DNA of 64,000 nucleotides from Eledone cirrhosa (taxonomy: Eukaryota). A program made the position numbers and the translations under genes. The stretch is from positions 410,564,001 to 410,628,000 of the forward strand of contig OZ024740.1 of assembly GCA_964016885.1 (NCBI GenBank). The letters run 5' to 3'. The notes below the pieces were generated by a model, which had not been told where the DNA came from, did not search any database, and was given only the letters and a program-made list of their open reading frames with translations. Positions 39,110-52,722 of the stretch are shown here, piece after piece. Position 1 is the first letter of the stretch. Every line of letters starts with the position of its first letter.

Positions 39110-41408
39110 ACTTATGTTTGCATAAATCTAATAGAAGGTACAACATTCCATTTTAAACAAGGACAGCGTTTCACAGTTAAATACAACTTTACATGTGCAT
39201 CTGAAAACCTTATCTATGTTTTGACCTGCTCAGGTTGTCAAGAGCACTACATAGGACAGACAAAAAACAGCCTCCGTCAACGTATGACTGTCCATAAATC
39301 ACAAATTAAAATACAGGAAATACAGAAAGATTACACTTAGTGAACATATCGCCAATTGTGCTCACAACCAACATCCAAACTTTAAAATGTGTCATAGACA
39401 ACGCTACTTTCATCCAACGTACCAATAAGGAAACATATTTCATTAACAAATTCCAACCTCTACTTAATGCTCTAAAAATCGGGCGAACCTAAAACTGCAA
39501 CAGACAATCAAACGTAAAAAGGGAAATCATATCAAGCCTCACTCCACCATTTGCCTCCATCATGGAATCATGGATCAACTAAGCACACTTGCTATATTAA
39601 CATATTTCGATCTGCTAACTTCAAGAACTATGCCTGTAAATAACATTATTTTTTTCTTTCACATTGACTTATGCTCTACATTACGCCCGATTTGTTTTCT
39701 TTTTTCTTTTTTCTTTTTTCTTTTTTCTTTTTTCTTTCTTCTTTTTTCTTTTTTCTTTTTTCTTTTTTTCTTTTTTCTTTTTTCTTTTTTCTTTTTTTTT
39801 CTTTTTTCTTTTTTCTTTTTTCTTTTTTCTTTTTTCTTTTTTCTTTTTTCTTTTTTTTTTCGTTTTTCGTTTTCTTTTTTCGTTTTTCTTTTTTCTTTTT
39901 TTTTTCGTTTTTCGTTTTCTTTTTTCGTTTTTCTTTTTCTTTTTTCTTTTTTTTTCTTTTTTCTTTTTTTCTTTTTTTCTTTTCTTTTTTCTTTTCTTTT
40001 TTTCTTTTTCTTTTTTCTTTTTCTTTTTTCTTTTTTCTTTTTTCTTTTTTCTTTTTTTTTCTTTTTCTTTTTCTTTTTTCTTTTTCCTTTTTTCTCTTTT
40101 CTTTTTCCTTTTTTCTCTTTTCTTTTTTCTTTTTTCTTTTTTCTTTTTTCTTTTTTCTTTTTTCTTTTTTCTTTTTCTTTTTTCTTTTTTCTTTTTTTTT
40201 TCTTTTTTCTTTTTTCTTTTCTTTTTCTTTTTTCTTTTTTACATTTACTTTTTTTCTTTTTTTCTTTTTTCTTTTTTCTTTTTCTTTTTTATTTTTTCTT
40301 TTTTCTTTTCACTTCATAAACCTTGTTTGTAAATAACATTTTTCTTTTTTTCTTTTTTTCTTTTTTTCTTTTTTTCTTTTTTTCTTTTTTCTTTTTTCTT
40401 TTTTTTTTCTTTTTCTTTTTTATTTTTCCTTTTTTCTCTTTTCTTTTTTCTTTTTTCGTTTTTCTTTGTTTCTTTTTTCTTTTTTCTTTTTTCTTTTTCT
40501 TTTTTCTTTTTCTTTTTTTTTCTTCTTTTTTCTTTTTTCTTTTCTTTTTCGATTTTCTTTTTTACTTTTACTTTTTTTTTTCTTTTTTCTTTTTTCTTTT
40601 TTCTTTTTCTTTTTTCTTTTTTCTTTTTTCTTTTTCTTTTTTCTTTTTTCTTTTTTTTTCTTTTTTCTTTTTTCTTTTTTTCTTTTTCTTTTTTCTTTTT
40701 TACTTACTTTTTTTTTTTCTTTTTTCTTTTCTTTTTTCTTTTTTCTTTTTTCTTTTTTTTCTTTTTTCTTTTTTTTTTCTTTTTTTCTTTTTCTTTTTTT
40801 TCTTTTTTCTTTTTTCTTTTTTACCTTTACTTTTTTTCTTTTTTCTTTTTTCTTTTTTTTCTTTTTTCTTTTTTTTTTCTTTTTTCTTTTTCTTTTTTTT
40901 TCTTTTTTCTTTTTTCTTCTTTCTTCTTTTTTCTTTTTTTCTTTTTTCTTTTTTCTTTTTTTTCTTTTTTCTTTTTTACCTTTACTTTTTTTCTTTTTTC
41001 TTTTTTCTTTTTTTCTTTTTTCTTTTTTCTTTCTTTTCTTTTTTCTTTTTTTTTTCTTTTTTCCTTTTCTTTTTTTTTCTTTTTTCTTTTTTCTTTTCAC
41101 TTCATAAACCTTGTTTGTAAATAACATTATTCTTTCTACACCTTCTCTTTAACATGTGCGACAACACACTAATACATTTCACTATCATTTGATAATGTAT
41201 AAAAATGTTGAAACCGGTAATAGACAATTATTAAATATATAAATAGATAAATAAATGCCATTGTTAAATAATAAATAAATAAACTAATACCTTAACACTT
41301 CACACAAAGTAAAACATTTCGTTTTAATCATTTTCTAAACCAGAAAAAAGAGAGAGAGAAATAAATAATTTTTTTTTCTTCCTAATAATCGTCTCTTTCT
41401 CCCTGTTT
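39110..41408 (+). mobile_element. Neptune-like PLE 3' part: GIY-YIG endonuclease plus pseudo-LTR with polypyrimidine expansion
   Basis: Translation from about 39110 gives CINLIEGTTFHF..FTCASENLIYVLTCSGCQEHYIGQTKNSLRQRMTVHKSQI. The 3' region 39516-39690 plus 41094-41408 matches 47310-47830. Confidence 0.88.
39691..41098 (+). repeat. ~1.4-kb (C)(T)4-8 polypyrimidine tract
   Basis: Almost pure T/C, interrupted at 40306-40341 by a duplicate of the downstream anchor TTTTCACTTCATAAACCTTGTTTGTAAATAACATT. Confidence 0.95.
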
Positions 41409-41455
41409 TAATATATATATATATATACTAACTCGTGTGCTTCCTCTCCACATTT

Positions 41456-41532
<77 letters not shown>

Positions 41533-41534
41533 GT

Positions 41535-41902
41535 ACAGCTAACCTCAGTCTCCTCCCTGTCACCTTTGAGCTGACTTTTGGGAGTCTCCCATACAGCTCT
41601 GAGTTTTCATCCTCAGTGTATACTGATTTATCTTCAGAGCCATCCACAGAATTCTTGTGTAGCGCCCATCCACCATCTGAGTTTAGCTGGACATGCTCAC
41701 CGGCATCCAGAGTGAACATTGCACTCATTGCACTCAGTGCTCCTACATGGACACACTGGAAGAGGAAGACCAAGGTTAACGTATGTTGATGCCCTAAAGA
41801 CAGACATTGGTCTGTTGGAGACCAGGACATGGCAGCGATAATGAAGGACAGAGACCGCTGGAGAGAACTCGTCCATGGATCTCGGGAATTTTACCCGCCC
41901 TA
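41535..41902 (+). mobile_element. RTE-group LINE 3' end with inverted 5' segment
   Basis: Plus strand 41745-41900 gives GHTGRGRPRLTYVDALK..MKDRDRWRELV. Minus strand 41535-41740 gives DGRYTRILWMAL..ELYGRLPKVSSKVTGRRLRLA. Confidence 0.75.
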
Positions 41903-41913
41903 GAAATATATAT

Positions 41914-42225
41914 TATAGATAACGTGGAATCAGAGATACATCAAAACACAATTTATTAACATACTACATATGTTCCTCCGACGATCACCTCAAGGCAGGA
42001 TCTACAAACATAGCTGAGGACCTTGCAAATGCAGAGTCAAGTTCGATCTATAATAGATCCTGCCTTGAGCTGATCATCAGAGAAACATATGTAATATGTT
42101 AATAAATTGTGTTTTGATGCATCTCTGTTTCCTCGTTATCAATAATCATATACTCTGCTCCGCGTGAGCATCGAGTGCTTAAACGATATACCACCTACGG
42201 ACGAATTTATTGCAACCTTACAACA
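41914..42225. repeat. fold-back element with HHR-like GAAAC-ATAT-GTA
   Basis: Arms 41914-42004 and 42054-42146, followed by a tail carrying CATCGAGTGCTT. Confidence 0.7.
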
Positions 42226-42227
42226 AC

Positions 42228-42296
<69 letters not shown>

Positions 42297-42790
42297 ATAT
42301 ATATTATAATATTAATTTATGTTCATACACGGAAACAAGGCGTTACCGCAGGTCTCAAGGCTCAAATTTTCCAATACCTCCAGTATACAAGAGGCATCAA
42401 ACTAGAGTGACCTTCCTTCAGGCGCTTATAAGAGTTTATATATATATATATATATATCTTGCTATTAACGTACCACACCAGCAAAATGGTGCTACATTTG
42501 TTTCTTATAATAATTTCGTGAGTAATCGAGCCATCAGTAGTTTATCGAAGCTACGAAACGACACTCAAATGACACAGCTACTCACTAACGTCTCTTCAAC
42601 AATCAGAAATAACTTCCCACCGACCCCTATACAGTAATACTATCATATTCTACTAGACCCAATCTTCAACATAATATAAACGCCACTAATATCTCTAAAT
42701 TTGCCAGCAGAGGCTACCTGAAAATAGCTCAACACAAAATATAATGCTGAAATAAACAACACAATTCCAGAATACTTATCCTCATCCTAG

Positions 42791-42925
42791 TGGAGGCTTG
42801 TGGCATTGTGGTTAGGCTGTTGGACTTACTACTACAATGTCGTGAGTTCTATTCCTGGACTGTGTTGTGTGTTGTGTTCTTGAGAAAAACGCTTTATTTG
42901 ACGTTGCTCCAGTATACTCACGGAA
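42791..42925 (+). mobile_element. tRNA-derived SINE head, decayed
   Basis: A-box-like TGGCATTGTGG, B-box-like GAGTTCTATTCC, then GTGTTCTTGAGAAAAACGCTTTATTT..GTTGCTCCAGT core. Confidence 0.65.
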
Positions 42926-44335
42926 ACCGGGATAAGCATCGAACTCATGAGCCTCTGGACTTTAGACTTTATCCTCATCAAATCTTGTTAAATATTATTA
43001 TAGAAAACCTAACGTGAATAACCACAATACTGTTGATACAACTGAGGTAATTAGTCGCATGCAAAATACCGAGTATGTAGTTATGAATTTTGGATTCTAC
43101 AACTGGTTCGCTGAGCGATGAGCCGGAATCTCAGCATGTTTAAACACAAATGTAACTGTAGAATTTCCCATCTTGTATACAGCGCAGTACGGAATTGTAA
43201 ATTATTTCATAAAGAGTAAAATAGCGCTCACAACATCACTAGCAGGGTAAACAAACCAGTGCAAATACAAGAATCATGAGTATAGATTGGAAGGGAGTCT
43301 CATATAATGAACTACATTACGAAATCAAATACTCCAGATTATGATCTGGAAAGATACTTTGTTGAATGATAAACATGAATTATTGATATAGTTTAAACAC
43401 AAGACCAAACGAACGTTTCATTTCTATAATGCTACTACAAGCTAACAATAGATGATACTCCGATAATGCTGAACTACTTGCCACAAAAGTAGGGAAGTAT
43501 TCAGAATCATTCATATATTTTCCAAAAACATTTACACAGTGAACGTTTACACCCTTTTTGCTAACAATGATTGAAAAACATTTGAATGAGGAAACTAATT
43601 TTCTATATATATTAAATTTCGAGAGCCTGAATACCTGATTTTATATCAAAACAAAGGTTCTTCTAAGGCAAAGAAGCTTTTGTTCTTCCAATTTAGAAAT
43701 GTGTGACGCGTGGTAGTGAATACATTTCAATAGACATCTGTTGATTTTCAAACGCGGAAACCAGAAACTCCACATATCCCTTTAATATGTTTGATTTTAT
43801 TGATGATGTATATTTTGTTTAATATCTACAAGAGAAGTAGTTTGATCTGTTACAGTTAGTTCCGGCTTTATACAGTATATAAACCCCATTATATTCGACT
43901 TTGCTTTCATATCTATGAGTTCGAAGAAAATAAATATTATTAATACACTTCACATAATGCAATCGATTTGACACTGGCAGAAGATTGTTTGTTGCAATGT
44001 AAGACAACATCGTGTAAGATGTCGTACACATTCATGTCTTCCGGGAAACTTTGTTTCTAAACATTTTCAAATTCTCATTAGTGATCATGAACAAGATATA
44101 ATTTACATTTTTCTTCAGTACAGGTTATTAATTGAGGATAGAATACATGGGATATTAGATTTTCGATAAACATCATTGTTTTAATGACTCTCTGATTTCA
44201 TAATATATAACATTTTCTGTCATATTAAGATGCTAAATGGGAAATAAGGGTCACATTTTTGTTTCTAGTGGAGTATTGGTGACATTTAGAAATATCAATA
44301 TAACACAAACATATACTTACAAGTATACATAAAAT

Positions 44336-44404
<69 letters not shown>

Positions 44405-44407
<3 letters not shown>

Positions 44408-44887
44408 AAGTTATATTTAAAATTGTTGGGTTACAACTAGTAAATATTTATAACTGATATAAAAGCACTCGACAAATATTTGGAGTATATTTACAATATT
44501 AAATAAATGGAAAACTATATTTATAAAACCATATCTATTTCATTATATATATTTCGGGGATATCATATTAACAATATGCTATGCCTTCATCAGACAAAAT
44601 ACAATATAAACAGTTTTATAGATAAATAGATTCGACATACCGTAATAACACCGACTTCATTTGAAGAGGTTTACGCTGGCAGGGATGTTTACACTGTTTA
44701 CACTGCCAGCGTAAACCTCTTCAAATGAAGTCGGTGTTATTACGGTATGTCGAATCTATTTATCTATAAAACTGTTTATATTGTATTTTGTCTGATGAAG
44801 GCATAGCATATTGTTAATATGATATCCCCGAAATATATATAATGAAATAGATATGGTTTTATAAATATAGTTTTCCATTTATTTAAT

Positions 44888-44892
<5 letters not shown>
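44405..44892. repeat. fold-back HHR element between two (TA)n tracts
   Basis: Near-perfect arms about 44492-44681 and 44703-44892. Same family as 60000-60140, 60444-60870 and 61929-62395. Confidence 0.9.
44784..44849 (+). ncRNA. minimal type-I hammerhead (minus copy about 44535-44600)
   Basis: TATTTTGT-CTGATGA-AGG..CCCC-GAAAT-ATAT-ATA-ATGAAATA. Stem I extends with TATAAAACTGT/ATGGTTTTATA. Confidence 0.7.
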
Positions 44893-44973
<81 letters not shown>

Positions 44974-44994
44974 TATACATATATATATATATAC

Positions 44995-45057
<63 letters not shown>

Positions 45058-45379
45058 TGTGTGTGTGTGTGTGTAAGTATGTATGTATGTATGTTCTTCT
45101 GGTTTTAAAATTTCACAAATTTTTGCCAATAGAGAGAGAGGATCGATTTCTAACATAGACTCAAGGCTCTCACATTGGAATTTACACATCATATAGGTAG
45201 ATATGGATGTTATTGTATGTGTGGATGTGGATGTTTTGAGTTGTACGTGTGCATGTGTATATGCTTTGTATCTGTACATGTGTATATGTAGTTATTAGAT
45301 GCAGAATTTTTGGAATGTTTTACATATTTTTACTGTTCCATTAATGGATTGTACTTGTAATTTCCTAACTAGTTGTGTT

Positions 45380-46447
45380 CTTTCTGTTCCTGTGAAGCCT
45401 AGCTTCTCAAGATTTGTATTGAGGGAGTTACTAACATACCCCAGTTCCTCAATAATCACAAAAATAAATCTGAAGGATTAATCAGAGTGGAGTATCTGCA
45501 AATTTCTCATCAGTTCTGCATAAATATTCTCCTTTTCACTAATCTTTGATATTATATTGGCATCTGTTGGACAGCTAACTTCCACTACTGTGCATGCTTT
45601 CTTTTCCCTGTCCCATATCATAATATCTGTCTGTTATGCCTGAAGTTTATTGGGTTTTTACTGGAACATTCCACCAGTACTCTTTCACATTATGTATATG
45701 GATGTCTTCTACATTGCTGTAGCTTTTAAGGTGTTTAATATCGGGGCTATCTTTTTTACGAACTGCATTGTACAGTGTTTTGGCCACTATATCATACCTC
45801 ATAGGTAGATAGTACCGCGATGACATCTTTGGACAGCTGCTGATGACATGGGTGATATCCTCGATGTTAGTTCTGCAGAGTTTTATCACATCTAGATGTT
45901 TTACATGCATCCCTATCTCTTTTGTGAATCAGGTATTTCATGTTGATTTCCTGTTCTTGGATTGCAAGAGCGTATTTTTCAAAGTGGGAGCCAAGATAGC
46001 GGTTATTGGTCCAAGATAGACTACTTTATCTATATTACTCTCACTCTGGAGCTTCCTGGCAACATATCCATGCATGATTTTTTGCTGATAGGCATGCAGT
46101 TTTTCATCCATGAATTTACTGCGATACTGCTGAGCGACTTACCTGGGTGTGAGTTTTTGATTATCACACAGGGAATACCTCTCGAGGAGTTCCTTCCCAA
46201 CTCTCATGATCTTATCTGTTTCATGCAGATAGACTTGCTCGAGAGACGGGCTCCTACGCTTCGAGGTTCGTAGATGTTGTCGGTGGGATATGATGCGACA
46301 TTCAAATGTTGTCTGGACTGATGTTAGGCTTCTGCCTCCCTGCTTATGTTTCAAGTAAAGGTGGTCTATGTCACTGTCGATGTGGAAGTTTCCGATGTTG
46401 TTTAGTATTTTTCGAGTTCTAACATCAATCGCTCGGATTTCGTCCAT
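45380..46447 (-). pseudogene. R4/Dong-like RLE-type LINE C-terminal fragment
   Basis: IDVRTRKIL..FHIDSDIDHLYLKHKQGGRSL, AIQEQEINMKYL, KLCRTNIEDITHVISSC (zinc knuckle), RYDIVAK and VVEVSCP..KISEKENIY. Confidence 0.85.
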
Positions 46448-46539
46448 GTATGTATGTATATATATATTTTATGTATGTATATATGTATGTATGTATATAT
46501 TATGTCGGGTCACTCTTCAGTGCTACTGGTAACATGTAA

Positions 46540-47830
46540 CATGTTTGGAGGATTTTGTTCATTATTGGGTCTCTTTTTAGTAAAGGAATGTTCTGGAGGA
46601 TGGTGTCGAATGCCTCATTGTTGCGGGAGTTGTGTGGTGAGATGTATGGTAAAGTTTTTTGTTGCGGTTCATTCCTGGGTTTGGGGTGTCTGAATTCCTG
46701 GGTGTCTAGTTTTAGGGCACGTTGGAATCCATTGTTGATTAGGGATGGTGGGTAGTTTCTGCTGATAAGTGTGTTTTTTAATTCTTCTAGTCGTGTGTAG
46801 CATGTGTATTTATCAGAAACTATTGTGCAGATCCTTCTGGCTAGGTTAAAAGGAATTGCCATTTTGGTGCGTCTATGGTGGCACGAGTTGAATGGAAGGT
46901 ATTGTTTGGAGTCTGTGGGTTTGTAGTATATGTCTGTTTCTATTTTGTTGCTTGTTTTCTTGATGAAGATGTCGAGGAAAGGGAGTTCTTCATGGCTGTA
47001 ATCCACTCTCTACCGCAAAGTTCTAGACAAATACGGCAACCACTTCTACCAACACATAGAAAAGAACTGGAAGAGATATCTGGACGACTGCTTCATCCTC
47101 TGGCATGAAAGTATAGATAGACTGTTTGAGTTTAAAACCCTTCTGAATGGACTCAACACAAACTTACAATTCACAATGGATTACAGCCATGAACAACTCC
47201 CTTTCCTCGACATCCTCATCAAGAAAACAAGCAACAAAATAGAAACAGACATATACTACAAACCCACAGACTCCAGTAAGAATTGCTTTCCCCTGCATAT
47301 TAACTCTCTAAAAAGGGAAATCATATCAAACCTCAGTCCACCATTTGCCTCCATCATGGAATCATGGATCAACTAAGCACTCTTTCTATATTAACACATT
47401 TCGATCTGCTTAACCTCAAGAACTATGCCTGTAAATAACATTATTTTTTCTTTCACATTGACTTTTATGCTCTACATTACGCCCGTTCTTTTATCTTTTT
47501 TCTTTTTTCTTTTCACTTCATAAACCTTGTTTTTAAATAACATTATTCTTTCAGCATCTTCTCTTTAACATGTGCGACAACACACTAATACATTTCACTA
47601 TCATTTGATAATGCATAAAAATGCTGAAACCGGTAATAGACAATTATTAAACATATAAATAGATAAATAAATGCCATTGTTAAATAATAAATAAATCAAC
47701 TAATACCTTAACACTTCACACAGTAAAATATTTCGTTTTAATCATTTTCTAACCCATAAAAAAAGAGAGAGAAATAAAAAAGGAAAACAAAAAATATTTC
47801 TTCCTAATAATCGTCTCTTTCTCCGTTTTC
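46540..47830. mobile_element. Neptune-like PLE: minus-strand RT thumb plus plus-strand RT core and pseudo-LTR (inverted 5' structure)
   Basis: Minus 46540-47004 gives LPFLDI..TDIYYKPTDSKQYLPFNSCH..IPFNLARRICTIVS..RNYP. Plus 47005-47275 gives WKRYLDDCFILW..LQFTM..LPFLDILI..YKPTDS, then the pseudo-LTR 47310-47830 with a degenerate HHR (TTGATAA-TGCATAAAAATGCT-GAAAC-CG-GTA). Confidence 0.88.
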
Positions 47831-47871
47831 ATATATATATATGTACACACACACACGCACGCACACGCACG

Positions 47872-47902
<31 letters not shown>

Positions 47903-48398
47903 ATACACCCCCCCCCACACACACACACATATATATATATATACATATTTATATAGTGGTAGAATACTGGAAGGTAATATCCGTAGTGGTAGAGCACTCA
48001 GTCCTTGGGACGAGTTAGGTAGAAGTGGTTACACAACAGTTAGTTCACCATACCGAGAACAATTATTTCACCTTAGCGGATCCTATATCACTAACATTCT
48101 TTCCCCCGTTTTATTTACTTTAAGTTCCACTGTTTCATTATAATTTATCTTCGATTGAATTAAATCTGTAACCCCCCCCCCCACATATATATATATATAT
48201 GTATGTTTGTTTGTTTACAAACAAATAAACCGAGCATTATAATAAATGTTCGGTAAATCGATACGTGCATATATATATGTGTGCATGTATGTATATATAT
48301 ACATACTACTGTACGTCTGTATACATATATGTATGTACGTATACATACATACATACTTACATTTAAGTTCATTCTATTCCATTTATATATTCTATTCC

Positions 48399-48459
<61 letters not shown>

Positions 48460-48461
<2 letters not shown>

Positions 48462-48642
48462 GGAAAATGCTCAAGCTGTTTCAACGGCTATTTCTAGACT
48501 ATTTCAGTCCAGAAATAGCCGTCGAAACGGTTTGAGCTCTGCCGTCGGGGTCATACTTTTTCCTATTTCCCACTCTACTACCCTAAGTATTGAGTACTCT
48601 GGTGCGTTATGGTCCATCTGGTTACTTACCACAATTCCTTTG

Positions 48643-48645
<3 letters not shown>
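48460..48645. repeat. fold-back HHR element (family of 16525 and 63513)
   Basis: ACGGCTATTTCTAGACT..AGTCCAGAAATAGCCGTC-GAAACGG..CCGTC-GGGGTCATAC. Confidence 0.8.
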
Positions 48646-48675
<30 letters not shown>

Positions 48676-48702
48676 CATAAATAAATTATATGATATATAT
48701 AT

Positions 48703-49243
48703 AATCGTTAGAGAATACCCTACCGAATTCTTGAACAAATATATTTATTGGTTTATAATTGTTTCATAAATAAGATCAAATTCACTTCATAAAAATTAAA
48801 ATTATCAATTCTATAATCAATAAGAACAAATGATAATAAAACTGAACTAAACACTGACCTCACCTTCAGACCAAAAAGAAAATAAATATAAAAATGAAAA
48901 ATACATGTCACTGGGGACTACAAAAAACAAGAAAGGCAAACCCTACCACTTATCAATCGAATGACCGAAACAGAATTAAAATACAATCTAAAATCAAAGA
49001 AGTTAAACGTTTAAATAATGGAGGAACTATCAGTGACATGTATTTTTGAATTTTATGTTTATTTTATTTTTGGTTCTGAATATGCGGTCAATTCTTAGTT
49101 CAGTTTTATTATCATCTGTTCTTATCGATTATAGAATTGATAATTTTTATTTTTATGAACTAAATGTTGTATCTGATTTCTGAAACAATTGTAAACCAAT
49201 AAATATATTTCTTCAACAATTCGGTATTGTATTCTCTAACAAT
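48703..49243. repeat. diverged inverted repeat (arms ~210 bp)
   Basis: 48703-48913 vs 49030-49243. The right arm has TTGGTT-CTGAATA..(~100 nt)..GAAAC-AATT-GTA-AACCAA. Confidence 0.78.
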
Positions 49244-49460
49244 TAATTTTTATATTAATGCTTTGCCTTTACACGTTTTGCTTGACATATAATTTCTCTC
49301 GCTTACTTTCATTGTTCGCTTGTCTTGTATTTTATACGCATTGAACACATTGTCCTTTTCACTACTGGCTTATAATTCTCACAACTAATCTATCTCTCCT
49401 TCTTGATTGGTTTGTACACACACACACACACACACATACACACACACACACACGCGCGCG

Positions 49461-49510
<50 letters not shown>

Positions 49511-52500
49511 CATGTGTGTGTGTTGACATAGTTTGGTTTAGTTAAAGTAGGTGCAGGTTGGTTGGAATCCAAGGATAGGTACAGTATGAATTGGACGTGC
49601 TTGCATGCTTTGAATTACTTCTATAGTGAAGGAAACACTTTTGGAATGCATGCCGAGTACATTGTCTCGAAGAATTTAAAACTGTGTATTGGATTTTCGA
49701 TTGTATTTCTATAGATCAATTGCTTCTTGTCAAATGATCTATTAGTATTTAGTTTTTCCTGTCGTTCCACTTCCTCAAATCACTCCACGCACCTTAACTC
49801 CTACTAGACTTTATACAATGCATTAATCATCCATGTTTCATCCATCTTTATGTTTTTCAACATATTTTCACGTATTTTTGCTTAATTTCTACTCGTATCT
49901 CCCAGCTTTTCCTTGTATAATTTTCTACTACGTGCTTACCACAAATCTTTAAACGTTTCATGTTTTCCATGTTTTTCTAGTATCTTCTACGAAGTTTGCA
50001 ATTGACTTTCCTTGCAAGATTCCCTGACCTGTCCCTATTTTCTCCAAACAATAATTATTGTATCACTTTTATAGAGTTGTTTTATCCTTCTAATATTCTA
50101 TTGTAAGATTTAACTGTCGTATTGCAATATTACATTTGCACCTCTAAATACGCAATTGTTATAGTCGACTTCTTTTTTTACTGCCCCATTTTTCATTTTA
50201 TCTCCAACTTCACAACGCCTGGATAATTTCTCCAACCATGTGTAACTACATCACTAATATTCTTTCCCCTGTTTTCTTTCCTTTAAGTTCCACTGTTTCA
50301 TTATAATTTATCTTCGATTGAATTAAATCTGTAAACCCTCATATTTTATTTTCTCTTTATTTTTTTATCTTATTATTCACTAATGCGTCCCATTAATTTT
50401 CATCAAATTTAACAAATTTATAAAACTCTCTGATTCTTATTCAAACCACGAATTCATTTTATTTTAAACCCATCAATCTAACACCAATCATTTAAATTAT
50501 TTTATTGTACCTTCTTTTGTTATGTATTCATTTTATATTATTTGTCCTATCATACGTAATTCTCACACATCAGCTGCTCTAAAATTCCTATCAATTTTGT
50601 CAAATCTCTGTCTACTTTTAAACACCCGCTCTTGCTACTTTTCCCCATTACACCCAACTCACTTTTCTGCATACCACCCTCACATCTTCTCCTCCTTATT
50701 CCCTATTGCTTATCACCCTTGTCTCAGCTTCTGGGCTTTATGATCTCGCCAGTACAATATTATTCTGACGGTAGTTTCATGCAAGTTTCTACTGCATCAT
50801 CTGGTGTACCATCGTATGAAAAACACCATACATTAGTGTTTGAATATTAATCCATCACCAGTGACGTACACTCATTCTGTACTGAGAGAAGAATAAGTTA
50901 TATTATAAAACTTATTCTGGAATACGTTGTGGCGGACAAAGAATCTTTCATACTTTCAGCTAAAAAGATTTAATAAAGTACATAATGTTTCAGCTACCAG
51001 AAGCAACAACGAATATGGAAACAACAACTATGATAAACGGATACTTCAGCAAAAGACGAAAATAATTTACAACCAAAACCCGGCGCATGTAGAGTGTTAG
51101 GATTCCAACATCAGGGCTTACACCTTCTGCTTTAAGTGTGACATGGCCACGGTTAACATTGTGTGCCTAGTTGGCTAGCACCGACTGGCAGTTTCTGTTA
51201 TACCTCCCCACCTTATATGCGGTACCTGACTTAACACTGTACCTTCGCTATCAACAGGTATTCAACTGGACAGGTGACTCTCTGTGAATCAGTTTTTCCC
51301 TGTCGCTTGGCCACCGTATCTACAGGCCACACCAATTCCACAATGAACCCATTGGGGACGCATTCCGTTAGGCTATCTACCACACAATTCCACTCCCAAA
51401 CAGATCATAAATTATGACTTGGACGCGGTAGCCTTTCCTTCCTAGCTGAAACCAGTGAGGCTGGAGTGAGACGAAATTAAAAGTCCAGATATAACATCGT
51501 GTTCTTCTTTTTCCGATGCTGGAAGCCAACCATCTGGGACACCCTTTTTAGCGGAAGCCTGGTGCATTCAGTGAGAGACCAAGGTTTCATTGCCTGACAG
51601 GCCGAAGATCGCAAGCTGTCGAAGTATTGGATGCTCTCCGATAGGGTTGCCGCCAAACTTGTAGCAGTGAAGGCTTCCGGCGTACTTGGCCTCCTGAGCC
51701 TCTCTCTTCTCTTTAGTATTGGGGCGGAGTAAGTAACCCGATAGTGGTGAGTAAGGGGCATTACTTTCTTTATTCTGTTTACTAGCACCAAGAGGCACAC
51801 CAAAGAATACTTTCCTTCAGTGTTTAGTTGAACTATTTGTATGAAACTCACTAACCCATCAAATCAGATGCCTTAGTATGTGCTTTTGTTATTTATTTGT
51901 ACTTACCTAATTTTTATTAATGACCGTAAGAATTCCTTATCATTTACTCCATCATTACCAACCTTCTTCAACAATATTTAGTGATGTAATTGATATTATT
52001 GTTGGTATGTTTTAACTATTGGATGTTGATGTGTTGATGTTAATAAGGTTATATTTTGAATTTATTTAATTTCAAGGAGTCATGTTGATCTAAGAATTTA
52101 AATTGAGGTTCCATGTGACGCAGTGCGGGTAAAAGCGTAGATAATGTGGATAAACAGCATTTAGACTGGGGAACAAGTCATACACAGTGTAGTATTTCTT
52201 ACACTTAGAAGAATTACTGAGTAATTTTCAAACGAAAAGACAAATATAAACAAAATATATTAATAAGATATCATTTCTATGGTCTTTCAAGACACCTTTG
52301 AGTAGATACGTACATTAAAAGGCATCAAAGAGCAGCCAAAATATTGCAACATTCCTACTTACACCCTACGACAGCAACACATCGTTATCGTACGTTAGAA
52401 ATGACCAATCACAAATACTACCAAGAACATTCTGGTAGCCTATAGCATTAATATAATCAATTTTGTAATAATAAATTTCAGTAAATCAAGATTTCAAAGA

Positions 52501-52521
52501 ATTGATATACTTCCTTTACTG

Positions 52522-52722
<201 letters not shown>

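Noticed and set aside
39570-41127. Long poly-F/S/L and poly-K/E/R ORFs
   Set aside because: They are stop-free only because the tract is polypyrimidine, and it lies within a PLE pseudo-LTR.
42791-42860. tRNA gene
   Set aside because: It has A/B-box-like motifs but no cloverleaf and continues into a SINE body.
43700-44140. Possible decayed coding sequence on the minus strand (also 53866-54066)
   Set aside because: No motif recognised and only short open frames.
49560-51830. Probable old retroelement remnants (shares ~80 bp with 48090-48170)
   Set aside because: Too decayed to assign a family or boundaries by eye.
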